A DNA stretch of 64,000 nt from Candidatus Peregrinibacteria bacterium GW2011_GWC2_39_14. GTDB lineage: Bacteria > Patescibacteriota > Gracilibacteria > UBA1369 > UBA12463. The DNA lies in contig LBWJ01000008.1 in NCBI GenBank assembly GCA_000993595.1, forward strand, positions 10,514-74,513, read 5' to 3'. The notes beneath the pieces were generated by a model. That model saw only the letters and a list, made by a program, of their open reading frames with translations, did not search any database and was not told the DNA's origin. Below are positions 38,405 to 48,689 of the stretch, one piece after another (the stretch's first letter is position 1; the number at the start of each line of letters is the position of its first letter). The position numbers were made by a program, and so were the translations under genes.

Positions 38405-39250
38405 ATGAATAACCGGGAAAATAAGATCGTTCTATTTCAATCGAAAAAGGTTCGCAGAGCTTGGCACAATGATGAGTGGCTTTACTCTGTGGTGGACATC
38501 ATTGAGGCATTGACTGATTCTGCAAATCCTACGGACTATCTTAAAAAGCTCAGAAAAAGAGATGTCGAACTCGGATCCTACATAGGGACAAATTGTCCCC
38601 ACGTAGAGATGTTGACGGAAACAGGCAAAAAGAGAAGGACATTGGCAGGAAATACGGAAAACGTTCTTCGAGTTATTCAGTCCGTTCCGTCACCAAAAGC
38701 GGAACCATTTAAAAGATGGCTTGCCGAAGTGGGGAAAGAGCGACTTGATGAGATTGAAAATCCCGAATTGGCACAAGAGAGGATGAAGGATCTTTATGAG
38801 AAGAAAGGCTATTCAAAAGATTGGATTGATAAGCGTTTGCGTGGCATAGCGATTCGTCAGAATTTAACCGATGAATGGAAGGACCGAGGTCTTACGCATG
38901 AAAAAGATTACGCGATTTTAACTGCCGAAATTTCCAAAGCTACTTTTGGCATGACACCAAGCGAATATAGGAAATATAAAAATATTCCCGATAAAACGAA
39001 AGCAAATTTGCGGGATAATATGACTGATTTGGAGTTGATTTTTACGATGCTTGGAGAAAAAGTGACAACAGAGATTTCTCGGAAAGAAAAACCAAGAGTG
39101 ATGATAGAGCATAAAAAAGTGGCCAAGCGAGGTGGAAATGTAGCAGGGGATGCAAGAAAGCAGACGGAAAAGGAACTCGGAAGAAGTGTTATTTCGAAAG
39201 GCAATTCCCTCGATGAAATTGTAAAGAAAAAACTAAAAAAGTCCGATTAA
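38405..39250 (+). CDS. Bro-N domain / phage antirepressor-like protein
   Basis: VRRAW....W.YSVVDII.ALTDS, QSVPSPKAEPFKRWLA, LTDEW, NLRDNMTDLELIF. Confidence 0.88.
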   Translation: MNNRENKIVLFQSKKVRRAWHNDEWLYSVVDIIEALTDSANPTDYLKKLRKRDVELGSYIGTNCPHVEMLTETGKKRRTLAGNTENVLRVIQSVPSPKAEPFKRWLAEVGKERLDEIENPELAQERMKDLYEKKGYSKDWIDKRLRGIAIRQNLTDEWKDRGLTHEKDYAILTAEISKATFGMTPSEYRKYKNIPDKTKANLRDNMTDLELIFTMLGEKVTTEISRKEKPRVMIEHKKVAKRGGNVAGDARKQTEKELGRSVISKGNSLDEIVKKKLKKSD

Positions 39251-39268
39251 AGCCAATGTTAAAAGTCT

Positions 39269-39523
39269 TTATTTATATTTTATCTTCATCGCCAAAACCG
39301 AAAGTGCGAACGCGGAACCAACTCCGCTCATGATTGTTATTGGCCAGCTTTGAATCAAAAAGCCATAGACAGTCCACAAAATTAGCCCGAGCGAATACAT
39401 CGCGTATCGCATCAGGGACAAATCTCCGGTCGACTTCGTGCGCCAACTTTTAATCGTTTGCGGAATCATCGAAACCGTTGATAGAATTCCTGCGACGTAG
39501 CCGAGAAGATCGGTGTTGGACAT
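39269..39523 (-). CDS. SemiSWEET / PQ-loop transporter
   Basis: 84 aa, 3 TM, IPQTIKSWRTKSTGDLS, LWTVYG. Confidence 0.9.
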   Translation of the reverse strand: MSNTDLLGYVAGILSTVSMIPQTIKSWRTKSTGDLSLMRYAMYSLGLILWTVYGFLIQSWPITIMSGVGSAFALSVLAMKIKYK

Positions 39524-39527
39524 GGGG

Positions 39528-40220
39528 TTATTTTTTTAATAAATCTTTTTTCAGAATCTGCATAATAGTAACGGGGTCATATAATTCCGGTTTCAATGAA
39601 TCTCCGGAAAAACGAGTTATAGGGTAAAGGCTGTATTTATTATCTTTGCTGACAATTATGAAAATATAATGGAGCTGAAGAACTTCCAACATGGCTTTGT
39701 CATAACCGCTTGAACGTGGCCATTTTTCTTCGACATTTTGCAGTTCCACAGCCAATCTGTTGCCACCAATGCCAACGACTCTCCATCCAGATAACCCTTG
39801 AGGTACGATTGTTAATAAAACCCTTATGCTATTGTCGTAAACAACTGAAAAATACCATGAAGTGGGTTTCACTACCGATATAAAGTTGGTGTCAGACGTG
39901 TAATTGCTTATGTCATCATTGAGGATGGCATAATTTCTATATGCATTGCCAAGGGTGGCTTCTTTAATTTCTTGTTGATTTGAAAAACCATAACTTTTTA
40001 GTGCACTTGGGTCGGCAATTAAGGAGTCTAATAACGAGGGTAATTCTTTTTTTGCAGCTGTTACAACGCCTGAAGGAGGGTCGACGTCTAAATGTGGTCG
40101 TAAATACCAATAAATCATTCCAGCCACTATGGCGGTAATAATTATTATAACAACAAAAATTATCCAGTTTTTATTACTATTTTTTTGATCTGCGTAATAA
40201 GCTTGGATCTCTTGTTCCAT
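39528..40220 (-). CDS. hypothetical membrane-anchored protein
   Basis: Single N-terminal TM; lies immediately downstream of tRNA-Leu. Confidence 0.65.
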   Translation of the reverse strand: MEQEIQAYYADQKNSNKNWIIFVVIIIITAIVAGMIYWYLRPHLDVDPPSGVVTAAKKELPSLLDSLIADPSALKSYGFSNQQEIKEATLGNAYRNYAILNDDISNYTSDTNFISVVKPTSWYFSVVYDNSIRVLLTIVPQGLSGWRVVGIGGNRLAVELQNVEEKWPRSSGYDKAMLEVLQLHYIFIIVSKDNKYSLYPITRFSGDSLKPELYDPVTIMQILKKDLLKK

Positions 40221-40241
40221 ATCGTAAATTGTTATTTATTC

Positions 40242-40327
40242 TGGTGCCGGGGAAGGGACTTGAACCCTTATACTCTTGCGAGCACACGCACCTGAAACGT
40301 GCGCGTCTGCCATTCCGCCACCCCGGC
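40242..40327 (-). tRNA. tRNA-Leu(CAG)
   Basis: GCCGGGGTGGCGGAATGGCAGACGCGCACGTTTCAGGTGCGTG...GGTTCAAGTCCCTTCCCCGGCACCA; long variable arm, encoded CCA. Confidence 0.96.
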
Positions 40328-40404
40328 AATATAGATTTTCAGGTAAATATTTCCTAAAAACCAAAGAATAAGTTATCATATATCCGGCTTTTTAACCATA
40401 AAAA

Positions 40405-40833
40405 ATGCCTGAAATTAGAGAAAAATCTTGCGGAATAGTCCTTGTGAATCGCGGCGAAAATGATGACTCCGAGGTGAAATTTTTGCTTTTGCATTATCCG
40501 CAGGGGCATTTTGATTTTGCAAAAGGTCACGTTGAAGCGGGGGAAACAGAGCTTGAAACCGCAGCTCGCGAACTAAAAGAAGAAACCGGAATTTCAGAAA
40601 TCGAATTTTATGAAGGTTTTCGCGAAAAGATTAGTTATAAATTTCGATACGAAGGGAAAATGATTTATAAAGATGTCTATTTTTTTATCGCCGAAACACA
40701 CGAAACAAAAGTCGTTCTTTCGCATGAGCATCAGGGTTCCGGCTGGTTTGTATACGAAGAAGCGCGCAAAAAAATCACATTTGATCAGTCAAGAAAAGTT
40801 CTGGAAAAAGCGCATGAGTATTTGGTAAAATAA
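40405..40833 (+). CDS. Nudix hydrolase, Ap4A hydrolase-like
   Basis: KGHVEAGETELETAARELKEETG Nudix box; LSHEH. Confidence 0.92.
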   Translation: MPEIREKSCGIVLVNRGENDDSEVKFLLLHYPQGHFDFAKGHVEAGETELETAARELKEETGISEIEFYEGFREKISYKFRYEGKMIYKDVYFFIAETHETKVVLSHEHQGSGWFVYEEARKKITFDQSRKVLEKAHEYLVK

Positions 40834-40866
40834 AAACGCACTAATTTTTTTAAACCTCACATATTT

Positions 40867-42339
40867 ATGAAAACAAAATTTATTTCATCGTTATCGCACT
40901 CTGAAAAAGTTTTGATTGTTCCGATTTACACTTTCAAAAAATCTTTATTCACGCATTCGATTCCACAAGATCTCGTGAAACTCATTTCTGCTGCATTTAA
41001 AGCCAAAGATTTCGAATGTAAAGATGATGAAATTTATACAATAAACGGCGAACAAAAACTAATTTTTATCAGCCTCTCTGAAAAAGAAAAACTAGATTCC
41101 GCAAAAGTAAGAAACGCATTCGCGAACGGATTCAAAAAAGCAAAATCATTCAAGAAAAAATCCGTCGCTGTTTTCTTGTACGCCGAACTTGAAAGATTTG
41201 CGCAAGAAATTGCGGAAGGAATTGGGCTTTCAAATTATGACGTTGCGAAATATAAAACAGGCGAAGGGCTTGAAGAGCTTAAGAAAGCGGAAATCGAGGA
41301 AGTTATATTTATAACAAAAGATGAAAAAAAGTTTGCACCAGCACTTCAAAAAGGTCTAAAAATTGCCGACGCCGTGAACACTGTTAAAGAAATGACAAAC
41401 GCGCCGGCAAACATTTTATCTCCAAAAGATTTTGCAGAAAAATCACAAAAACTAGCAAAAAAATACGGTTATAAAATTGAAATTCTTGAGAAAAAAGCAC
41501 TCCAAAAACTCGGACTCAATACTCTTCTCGCGGTCAATGCAGGAGCGGATAAGGAAGATCAGGAAGCGCGCCTTGTAATCCTCAAATACATGCCTATCAA
41601 AAATCAGGAACCGATCGCGATCGTTGGAAAAGGCGTAATTTTTGATACCGGCGGATATAACTTGAAACCAAGCAAGCATCTTGACGACATGCAAGGCGAC
41701 AAAGCCGGAGCATGTGCTGTTTTTGGCTTGTTTGAGCTGTTATCACAATTAAAAATTCAGCAAAACGTAATTGGCGTTATGGCGATTACGGAAAATCTCG
41801 TTGGTCCTCGCGCGTTTAAACCGGCCGATATTGTCACTTCTTATTCCGGCAAAACAATTGAAATTGTGGATACCGATGCTGAAGGTCGTTTGATTCTTGC
41901 AGACGCGCTCGCATACGCAAACAAAAATTTCAAACCTCGTTATATGATTGATATTGCAACTCTCACCGGCGCTTGCGTTGTGGCCCTTGGGGATAGATAT
42001 GCCGCTACAATGGGCAATGACGATAAATTGAACAAGCTCCTTATTGAATCCGGAAAACGCACAGACGAGCTTGTTTGGGAGCTTCCAATGCATCCGGATT
42101 TTGACAAGAAGACAAAATCAAAAATCGCAGATCTTCAAAATGTCGAACACGGATCAGGCTACATGGCGGGCTCTTCCAAGGGTGGCGCATTTTTAAAACA
42201 CTTTGTTGATAAAACAAAATGGGCGCATCTTGATATTGCGGGAACAGCATTCACGCATGACCCAAAACCATATGAGCAAGATAGAGCAACGGGATTCGGT
42301 GTCCGATTGCTACTGGATTTCTTGGAAAATCTAAAATAG
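40867..42339 (+). CDS. pepA: leucyl aminopeptidase (M17)
   Basis: VGKGVIFDTGG, DM.GD.AG, DTDAEGRLILAD, ATLTGA, HLDIAG. Confidence 0.95.
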   Translation: MKTKFISSLSHSEKVLIVPIYTFKKSLFTHSIPQDLVKLISAAFKAKDFECKDDEIYTINGEQKLIFISLSEKEKLDSAKVRNAFANGFKKAKSFKKKSVAVFLYAELERFAQEIAEGIGLSNYDVAKYKTGEGLEELKKAEIEEVIFITKDEKKFAPALQKGLKIADAVNTVKEMTNAPANILSPKDFAEKSQKLAKKYGYKIEILEKKALQKLGLNTLLAVNAGADKEDQEARLVILKYMPIKNQEPIAIVGKGVIFDTGGYNLKPSKHLDDMQGDKAGACAVFGLFELLSQLKIQQNVIGVMAITENLVGPRAFKPADIVTSYSGKTIEIVDTDAEGRLILADALAYANKNFKPRYMIDIATLTGACVVALGDRYAATMGNDDKLNKLLIESGKRTDELVWELPMHPDFDKKTKSKIADLQNVEHGSGYMAGSSKGGAFLKHFVDKTKWAHLDIAGTAFTHDPKPYEQDRATGFGVRLLLDFLENLK

Positions 42340-42684
42340 TTTTTAATTTAAAAAATTACAAAAAAAAGTAGATTTCTATCGAAAATCAATCTTGAAGATG
42401 TGACGATTTATACAAAATAGACGGTGCGACAAGTTTCTACGTCAGATTGTAAAATTTTATTCTTAAAACTTCAAAATAGGCTTTAAATAAAGACGTACAA
42501 AAATATACACGTTGACGGAATTAGCCCGTCAATTTGCTGGCGACGGGTTTCAACCGACAGTTTGATTTTTCGCCATACCTATGCGAAAAAAGGCATTTTA
42601 AATTTGAAATAAATTTCCCTTTTTGACAATATTACGGAATGACATAATTAAATCACGCAAAAAATTTAAATAACCAAAAAAACC

Positions 42685-44760
42685 ATGATACAAGAAAAAT
42701 TTGAAAGAACAGAAGTGTCGAGAAGGGTGGCCGGCGCGGTAATAACTTTATTTGCGCTTATGTTAAATCTTGGCATTATGCCAGATGCAAAAGCGGCGGC
42801 CGCTCCGACTTTGAGCGTAGATTCGATGACTGTTAATGTAGGCGACATCGCGTCTGTACCGATTAGAGTATATGCGATGACAAATGTAACAGCCATGACT
42901 TTAGATGCAAGCTATGACGATACAAAATTGTCATTTCAGTCCATTGATGTTTTTGGAATTGATGAAAATGGTCTCATGTCAATTAACGTGGATATTCCTG
43001 GAAAAGTGACAATAGATTGGATGTCGGTTACAAACACTCCTTTAGTATTAGACAATCAGGGCATTATTAGTCTAAATTTTAGCGTTATTTCCGGTTTTGG
43101 GACGACAACGCAAGTGGATTTGACAGTGCCGTCGACTTCAATAATAGACGCAACGGGCGTTGATATAACAAGTTCTTATACTTTTAATCCGGGAACGATA
43201 ACTATTAATTCAGTAGGAACATTTTTAAATATTCATGATACCCTTTTATTAAGCGGAATAAATAATAATTTAGAGACATGCGATCTTTCGCCAACGGCAT
43301 GTGATGGAATTTATTTTGAAGATCCTGCGGTAGGAAAAATTACATTCGTTGGACCATTAGACGTAAGCGACATTGCAACGATAACGCTGCTTCAGGATCC
43401 GATAAGTTATATATCTTTCCAGAACGTGGGGGGTTTTTCCATAGTGATTTTTAATGGCGGTGCTTCGACTGTTTTATCAAGCGCTCAATTAAAAGTGGAT
43501 TTCTATAATTTCTCAGCCGGATTAACTTTAAACGATATAACATTTATGATTTGGGATAATGATACAGGGGCTGAAATCAATAATGCTACGATATTAAGCA
43601 ACGAAGCATATAATGGAACAACGGTTTCTTTTAATGCAGCGCATCCGGCAACTTTTTATGCATTTGAAAATTCCGTAATGATTCCGCCTGTTTTAACAGA
43701 GGTGACTCCGGTTCCAAGCATTACGAATAACGCAAATCCTGCATATACTTTCAACACTGACAAAGAGGGTACCATTACTTTAAATGGAGGATGTGGATCT
43801 GCGACTACAGACGTAGTGGTAGGTGATAATACGATTACTTTAACTGATCCAATGAGAGCTCCTTTGGCTGATGATGTGTATTTATGTGTAATTGATGAGA
43901 CTGATTTAGCGGGAAATGTCACTTCAATGCAAATGAGTCAGTTCACAGTGGATGCAGTGGGGCCAGCCGCTCCGGTGATTATTAATTTTTTAAATGCGAT
44001 AGATAATACGAATAAAAACAATTTTAGTTTTGATGGAACAGGTGAAGTAAATATGCCTTTTAATTATGCGGTAACGGATAGCGCGGCATCATCGGTAACG
44101 GGTTCAGGCATGATTGATGCGGCAGGCGTATTTTCCGTCAGTGGCGTTGATTTATCTACATTGGCGGACGGTGTTTTGACTTTGGACGTTTATATATCAG
44201 ACGTTGCAGGGAATATTAGCGTTTATGCTACAAAAACGATTACAAAAAATACAACCGTAATTGTTAATTTAGTTTTAAGACCGGGCTGGAATTTAATAAC
44301 TTTACCGGTTCAACCTGTTGATAGTATTACAAATCAACAAATTAATTACACAGCTGAAACATTGGGAAGCTTATTGGGTGCGGACGTTGTTTCGCAATGG
44401 ATAGACACAAATCAACAGTATGGAAGCCATATAGTGGGATTGCCTATAAACAATTTTCCAATTGCGATTTCTAAAGGATTTTTCGTACACGTTAATGCCG
44501 GCACAACAATTGCAATGAACGGTTCATCAATTAACAACGTCGTATATTCGCCACTTTCGATTGGTTGGAATGCGTTGGGATGGAACAATCTTGCGATAGG
44601 TGCGACAACAGCCGGTGTTTTTGGAGCGTCATTAACTGGAGTTAATGTTGTTTCAAAATTTGATAGCGCAACGCAACTGTGGGTGAGTCACATAATAAAT
44701 TTGCCTATTGGCGATTTTACGATCAATCCCGGAGACGGAGTTTTTGTGAACAAACAATAG
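42685..44760 (+). CDS. secreted surface protein with cohesin-like and Ig-like domains
   Basis: Signal peptide; V.VGDIASVPI..L..SYD.TKLSF cohesin-like; D.AGN Ig-like units; C-terminal L.PGWNLI repeats. Confidence 0.7.
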   Translation: MIQEKFERTEVSRRVAGAVITLFALMLNLGIMPDAKAAAAPTLSVDSMTVNVGDIASVPIRVYAMTNVTAMTLDASYDDTKLSFQSIDVFGIDENGLMSINVDIPGKVTIDWMSVTNTPLVLDNQGIISLNFSVISGFGTTTQVDLTVPSTSIIDATGVDITSSYTFNPGTITINSVGTFLNIHDTLLLSGINNNLETCDLSPTACDGIYFEDPAVGKITFVGPLDVSDIATITLLQDPISYISFQNVGGFSIVIFNGGASTVLSSAQLKVDFYNFSAGLTLNDITFMIWDNDTGAEINNATILSNEAYNGTTVSFNAAHPATFYAFENSVMIPPVLTEVTPVPSITNNANPAYTFNTDKEGTITLNGGCGSATTDVVVGDNTITLTDPMRAPLADDVYLCVIDETDLAGNVTSMQMSQFTVDAVGPAAPVIINFLNAIDNTNKNNFSFDGTGEVNMPFNYAVTDSAASSVTGSGMIDAAGVFSVSGVDLSTLADGVLTLDVYISDVAGNISVYATKTITKNTTVIVNLVLRPGWNLITLPVQPVDSITNQQINYTAETLGSLLGADVVSQWIDTNQQYGSHIVGLPINNFPIAISKGFFVHVNAGTTIAMNGSSINNVVYSPLSIGWNALGWNNLAIGATTAGVFGASLTGVNVVSKFDSATQLWVSHIINLPIGDFTINPGDGVFVNKQ

Positions 44761-44794
44761 AGCTTTATATATATAACTTTTTAACCAAAAAACT

Positions 44795-47350
44795 ATGATT
44801 AAAATCAAAAAAACGGTTTCAAAAATCACAATTGCAGCAATGATGGCGGTGTTATTATCTTTTTTTCAGACCGGTTCGATAACTGCATTGGCGGCACAAG
44901 GATGCGCTTTAAACTCACTTTATGGAACGGTGACCGTAAACGGTGTCGCAACAGACGGAGCGACGGTAACTTTAACGGACTTAACGAATGGAGCTCCGGC
45001 TCTTTCCACGACAACGGCAAGTGGCGGAATATATTTAATTGAATCGGCAAATCTAAACGTTTGTGCGGTTGTTGGTGATCACATTCAGGTAACCGCATCA
45101 ATGAACAGTGCAAGCGCAGATGCATTTGTGAACTATGCAGCGCAAGCACTGACAAATATAGATTTAACATTATCAACTGATATATTAACGTCGATTTCAA
45201 TTACGCCATCAAGCGTAGGGATATTATTGGTTGGTGCAACTCAGCAATTTTCCGCATCAGCTTTGAATCAAAATGGAGTCGCAATGAATCCTCAGCCAAC
45301 GATAGTTTGGGCATCGAACACTACGTCGGTTGCAACAATCGATCAGTCGGGACTTTTAACTGCCATTGGTGCAGGAACGACGAGCGTTAGCGCTGCAAAC
45401 GGTTCGATTATGGCAAACGTTTCGGTTTCAGTTACAGATCCTGTTCCAACACCTGTCCTAACATCAATCACAGTTTCTCCTGCAACAGCAACAATCAACA
45501 CAGGAGCAACACAACAATATACAGCTTCAGCGCTTGATCAAAACAATGTGGCTATGAATCCACAACCAACCTTTACATTCACATCAAGCAATACAGCTGT
45601 TGCAACAATCGATGCTTCAGGTCTTGCAACAGGAGTCACAGCAGGTGGTCCTGTTACAATCACAGCAACAAGTGGAGCAGTCTCAGGAACGACAACTCTA
45701 ACAGTCACAACTCCGCCTACAGGGGACACGATTCCTCCACAGGTAGTTTCTGCTATTGCGACAACGCCGACAACAATACAAATAACTTTCGACGAAGAGC
45801 TGCAAAATAACGCAACTAACGGCCCAAAATCAAGCGATTTTACAATATATAACAATGCAACGGCGACGAAAAAATCTTTAACTATCGCAAGCATTTCTTA
45901 TAATGCAAAAGTTGTAACAATTGGTTTATTAGACGCAATATTGCTTGGAGATACGCCGAATTTTGATATCAACACAGTAACGCCGGGAACAATAATCGAC
46001 TTAGCAGGAAACGTCTTTGATTCAACAACTTATAGTCATCTAATCGTTGATGGGATTGGCCCGGCCGTTTCAATCGCACCCGCATTAGCAGTTGCGAAGA
46101 TCGGCCAAAATATAACGCTTACGCCAACGTCATCCGATGTGTTCAGTGGGATAGGCGGTTATACATGGGATTTTGGCGATGGATCAGCCTTGATTCCGGG
46201 AACGGGAGAGCCGATTCCGGTTACATACGCATATGGTTATGCGGGAGAATTCACGATAAAATTAACAGTTAAAGATGTTAATAATAACGCAACGGACGCC
46301 ACTACAAAAGCAATGATAGGCTTATTAACAAAGCATAAGAGTGACGACGGTGGATTGGAAATGGAATTTGAAGACATGCCGGACGGAGAATATAATTTAA
46401 CGATGGACAAGAAAACTGAATCCGGAGAAGATATGACAGGATTTAAGGTCGGAGGAATATACTACGAAATAACTTCATCGGTTCCAAACGGTCAATTCTC
46501 TGCAAATATGACATTTGATTATCCGGACGTGGATAATAACGGCGTAGTCGACAACACATCGATAAATGAAAACGACTTAAATGTATATTACAGAAATGGA
46601 TCAAAATGGGATCTAGTTCCTACCACATTGAGAGACAGCGTAAACAACAAATTAACTGTAAAGGTTAACCATTTCAGTAAATACGCTTTATTGGCTATAG
46701 ATACGTCGACATCAGGAAGCACCGGAGGTAGCGGTGGCGGCGGCGGAGGAGGTGGCGGTGGATTAGTTATTTCAGGTGGTGGAAGTGGATCATACGTAGC
46801 TCTGCAATCATCAGATATAGCTCCTCCATTCACAGACATTGAAAATCATTGGGCGCGACAATACATTGAAGATTTGAGACTTAAAGGAGAGATTGTTGGA
46901 ACAACGATCGGTAATTTCTCGCCGGATGTAACATTAACAAGAGCTGAACTCGTAAGGATGGTTCTGAATGCTTATAACATTCCAACACGAGACAGTTCAA
47001 AAGAAGAATTATTCAAGGATATTATGGGATCTGAACAATATGCTCCATATATTGCAGGCGCAAAAGCAGTTGGAATAATTAACGGATATGATGACGGGAC
47101 ATTTAGACCAAATCTTCCGGTAACGAGAGTGGAAGCGTTAAAGGTATTGCTTGAAGCTTCAAAGAAAGATTTAGCAATATCAATGGCGGCAACATATCCG
47201 GACACAAGCACAGATCAGTGGTATTCAAGATATGTAGTTTATGCAAAAGCAGCCGGAATCATAAGCGGGTTTCCGGATGGAACTTTTAGGCCACTAGCAA
47301 ATGTAACCAGAGCGGAATTTGCAAAAATGGCTTTTATGGCTCAGAGATAA
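44795..47350 (+). CDS. surface protein with BIg_2 repeats, PKD domain and C-terminal SLH domains
   Basis: Two TSI.V.P..TQQ..A.ALDQ..SSN..VATID..GL units; YTWDFGDG; FTDI..HWA, TRAEL, GY.DGTFRP. Confidence 0.85.
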   Translation: MIKIKKTVSKITIAAMMAVLLSFFQTGSITALAAQGCALNSLYGTVTVNGVATDGATVTLTDLTNGAPALSTTTASGGIYLIESANLNVCAVVGDHIQVTASMNSASADAFVNYAAQALTNIDLTLSTDILTSISITPSSVGILLVGATQQFSASALNQNGVAMNPQPTIVWASNTTSVATIDQSGLLTAIGAGTTSVSAANGSIMANVSVSVTDPVPTPVLTSITVSPATATINTGATQQYTASALDQNNVAMNPQPTFTFTSSNTAVATIDASGLATGVTAGGPVTITATSGAVSGTTTLTVTTPPTGDTIPPQVVSAIATTPTTIQITFDEELQNNATNGPKSSDFTIYNNATATKKSLTIASISYNAKVVTIGLLDAILLGDTPNFDINTVTPGTIIDLAGNVFDSTTYSHLIVDGIGPAVSIAPALAVAKIGQNITLTPTSSDVFSGIGGYTWDFGDGSALIPGTGEPIPVTYAYGYAGEFTIKLTVKDVNNNATDATTKAMIGLLTKHKSDDGGLEMEFEDMPDGEYNLTMDKKTESGEDMTGFKVGGIYYEITSSVPNGQFSANMTFDYPDVDNNGVVDNTSINENDLNVYYRNGSKWDLVPTTLRDSVNNKLTVKVNHFSKYALLAIDTSTSGSTGGSGGGGGGGGGGLVISGGGSGSYVALQSSDIAPPFTDIENHWARQYIEDLRLKGEIVGTTIGNFSPDVTLTRAELVRMVLNAYNIPTRDSSKEELFKDIMGSEQYAPYIAGAKAVGIINGYDDGTFRPNLPVTRVEALKVLLEASKKDLAISMAATYPDTSTDQWYSRYVVYAKAAGIISGFPDGTFRPLANVTRAEFAKMAFMAQR

Positions 47351-47449
47351 GATAAAAGTAAACAAATGGGGAGGGGTTTCAGGGGGATTGGGCCTTCGTA
47401 ACAATCGGAGGCCCTTTCAAGAAAGAGGAAAAAATGATATAATTAATCG

Positions 47450-48658
47450 ATGAAAATGAAAAGCAAAAAGACAATAATATTAATTTTAGGAATCGTTTTC
47501 GCTGCGATTTATTTTGCAATTTTTATATTTAACATTTGTATAACCGGTGACGTAAATGAAAAGTTGGCTTTATTAAATGCAAAATATGGTCTAACTGAAG
47601 CGGAAACAGTTGATAGTGCGCTAACGGAGAAAAAAATAGACTCGTTATTTTTTAGAGAAATATCTATGACGAGCGTATTAAATGTTTTGAAGCCAAAAAA
47701 AGAATTAATTGTAAAACTTAATGATGAAAATAATGTCCAAGAAGGCCCGCTTAAAAACATTTTTGTTTTAAAATTACGCACAGATTCTGACGTAAAAGAG
47801 ATAGCCAAAGATTATGAGAACATTGACTTAGTGGCTTATGCTGAGCCAAATTATGAGCTGGAGATGAATGCGGAATCCGTTGAATTGTTGGAAGATACGA
47901 ATGAGCCGAAAGAAGCTTTAGAGGCACCGGAAGACGCGCCGAAAAATCTTATTGTTACAGTCGCGCTTATTGATTCCGGCATTGATGCAAATCATAAAGA
48001 TTTAAAGGGCAGAATTATTCAAGGTTGGAATTTTATGAATGGATCAAGTATTACAGACGACAATGTTGGTCATGGAACTCACATTGCAGGAATAATCGCG
48101 AGGAATTCAACGTTCGCGAAAATCATGCCATTGAAATTTACAGACGGTAAAAACGGCGGAAGAATAAGTGATTTAATAAAAGCGATAAAGTTTGCGTCTG
48201 ATAAAAACGTAAATATTATAAATTTGAGTTTGGGATTGCAGGAAAAATCAAAATCATTGGAAGAGGCGACTGCATACGCTTTTGTGAAAGGAGCAATCGT
48301 TGTGGCGGCCGCCGGGAATTACAATAGTGAAAATGAATATTATCCGGCCGCGTTTAATAACGTTTTTGCTGTTGCGGCACTTAATAAAAACAGAGAAAAA
48401 TTATATCAAAGTGATTTTGGTAAATGGGTTGATTATTCAACTGAAGCGCAAGACGTTTTAAGTTCTTTGCCGGGAGATAGATATGGTTACGCAACCGGGA
48501 CATCTCAAGCAACACCATTTTTAACAGCAAAAATAGCAGACATAATCGCAACAAATAATATCTTTGATTCACCACGAATAAATCGCGAACTCAGAAAGGC
48601 GTCAAGAATTATTAACAAAGGCGAATTTTCCGGAATGCTTGGTCGCGAACTCTTATAA
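47450..48658 (+). CDS. S8 subtilisin-like serine peptidase
   Basis: Catalytic triad in ALIDSGID, HGTHIAG and GTSQATP; oxyanion AAAGN. Confidence 0.93.
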   Translation: MKMKSKKTIILILGIVFAAIYFAIFIFNICITGDVNEKLALLNAKYGLTEAETVDSALTEKKIDSLFFREISMTSVLNVLKPKKELIVKLNDENNVQEGPLKNIFVLKLRTDSDVKEIAKDYENIDLVAYAEPNYELEMNAESVELLEDTNEPKEALEAPEDAPKNLIVTVALIDSGIDANHKDLKGRIIQGWNFMNGSSITDDNVGHGTHIAGIIARNSTFAKIMPLKFTDGKNGGRISDLIKAIKFASDKNVNIINLSLGLQEKSKSLEEATAYAFVKGAIVVAAAGNYNSENEYYPAAFNNVFAVAALNKNREKLYQSDFGKWVDYSTEAQDVLSSLPGDRYGYATGTSQATPFLTAKIADIIATNNIFDSPRINRELRKASRIINKGEFSGMLGRELL

Positions 48659-48689
48659 GTTTTGACCTTTGGATTTTGAGCTTTGAAAT

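Larger units (their letters stand above)
37558..39320. mobile_element. small inserted islet at the SemiSWEET 3' end (no integrase seen)
   Basis: Bounded by the 52-bp direct repeat; carries a hypothetical gene and a Bro-N gene. Confidence 0.6.
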
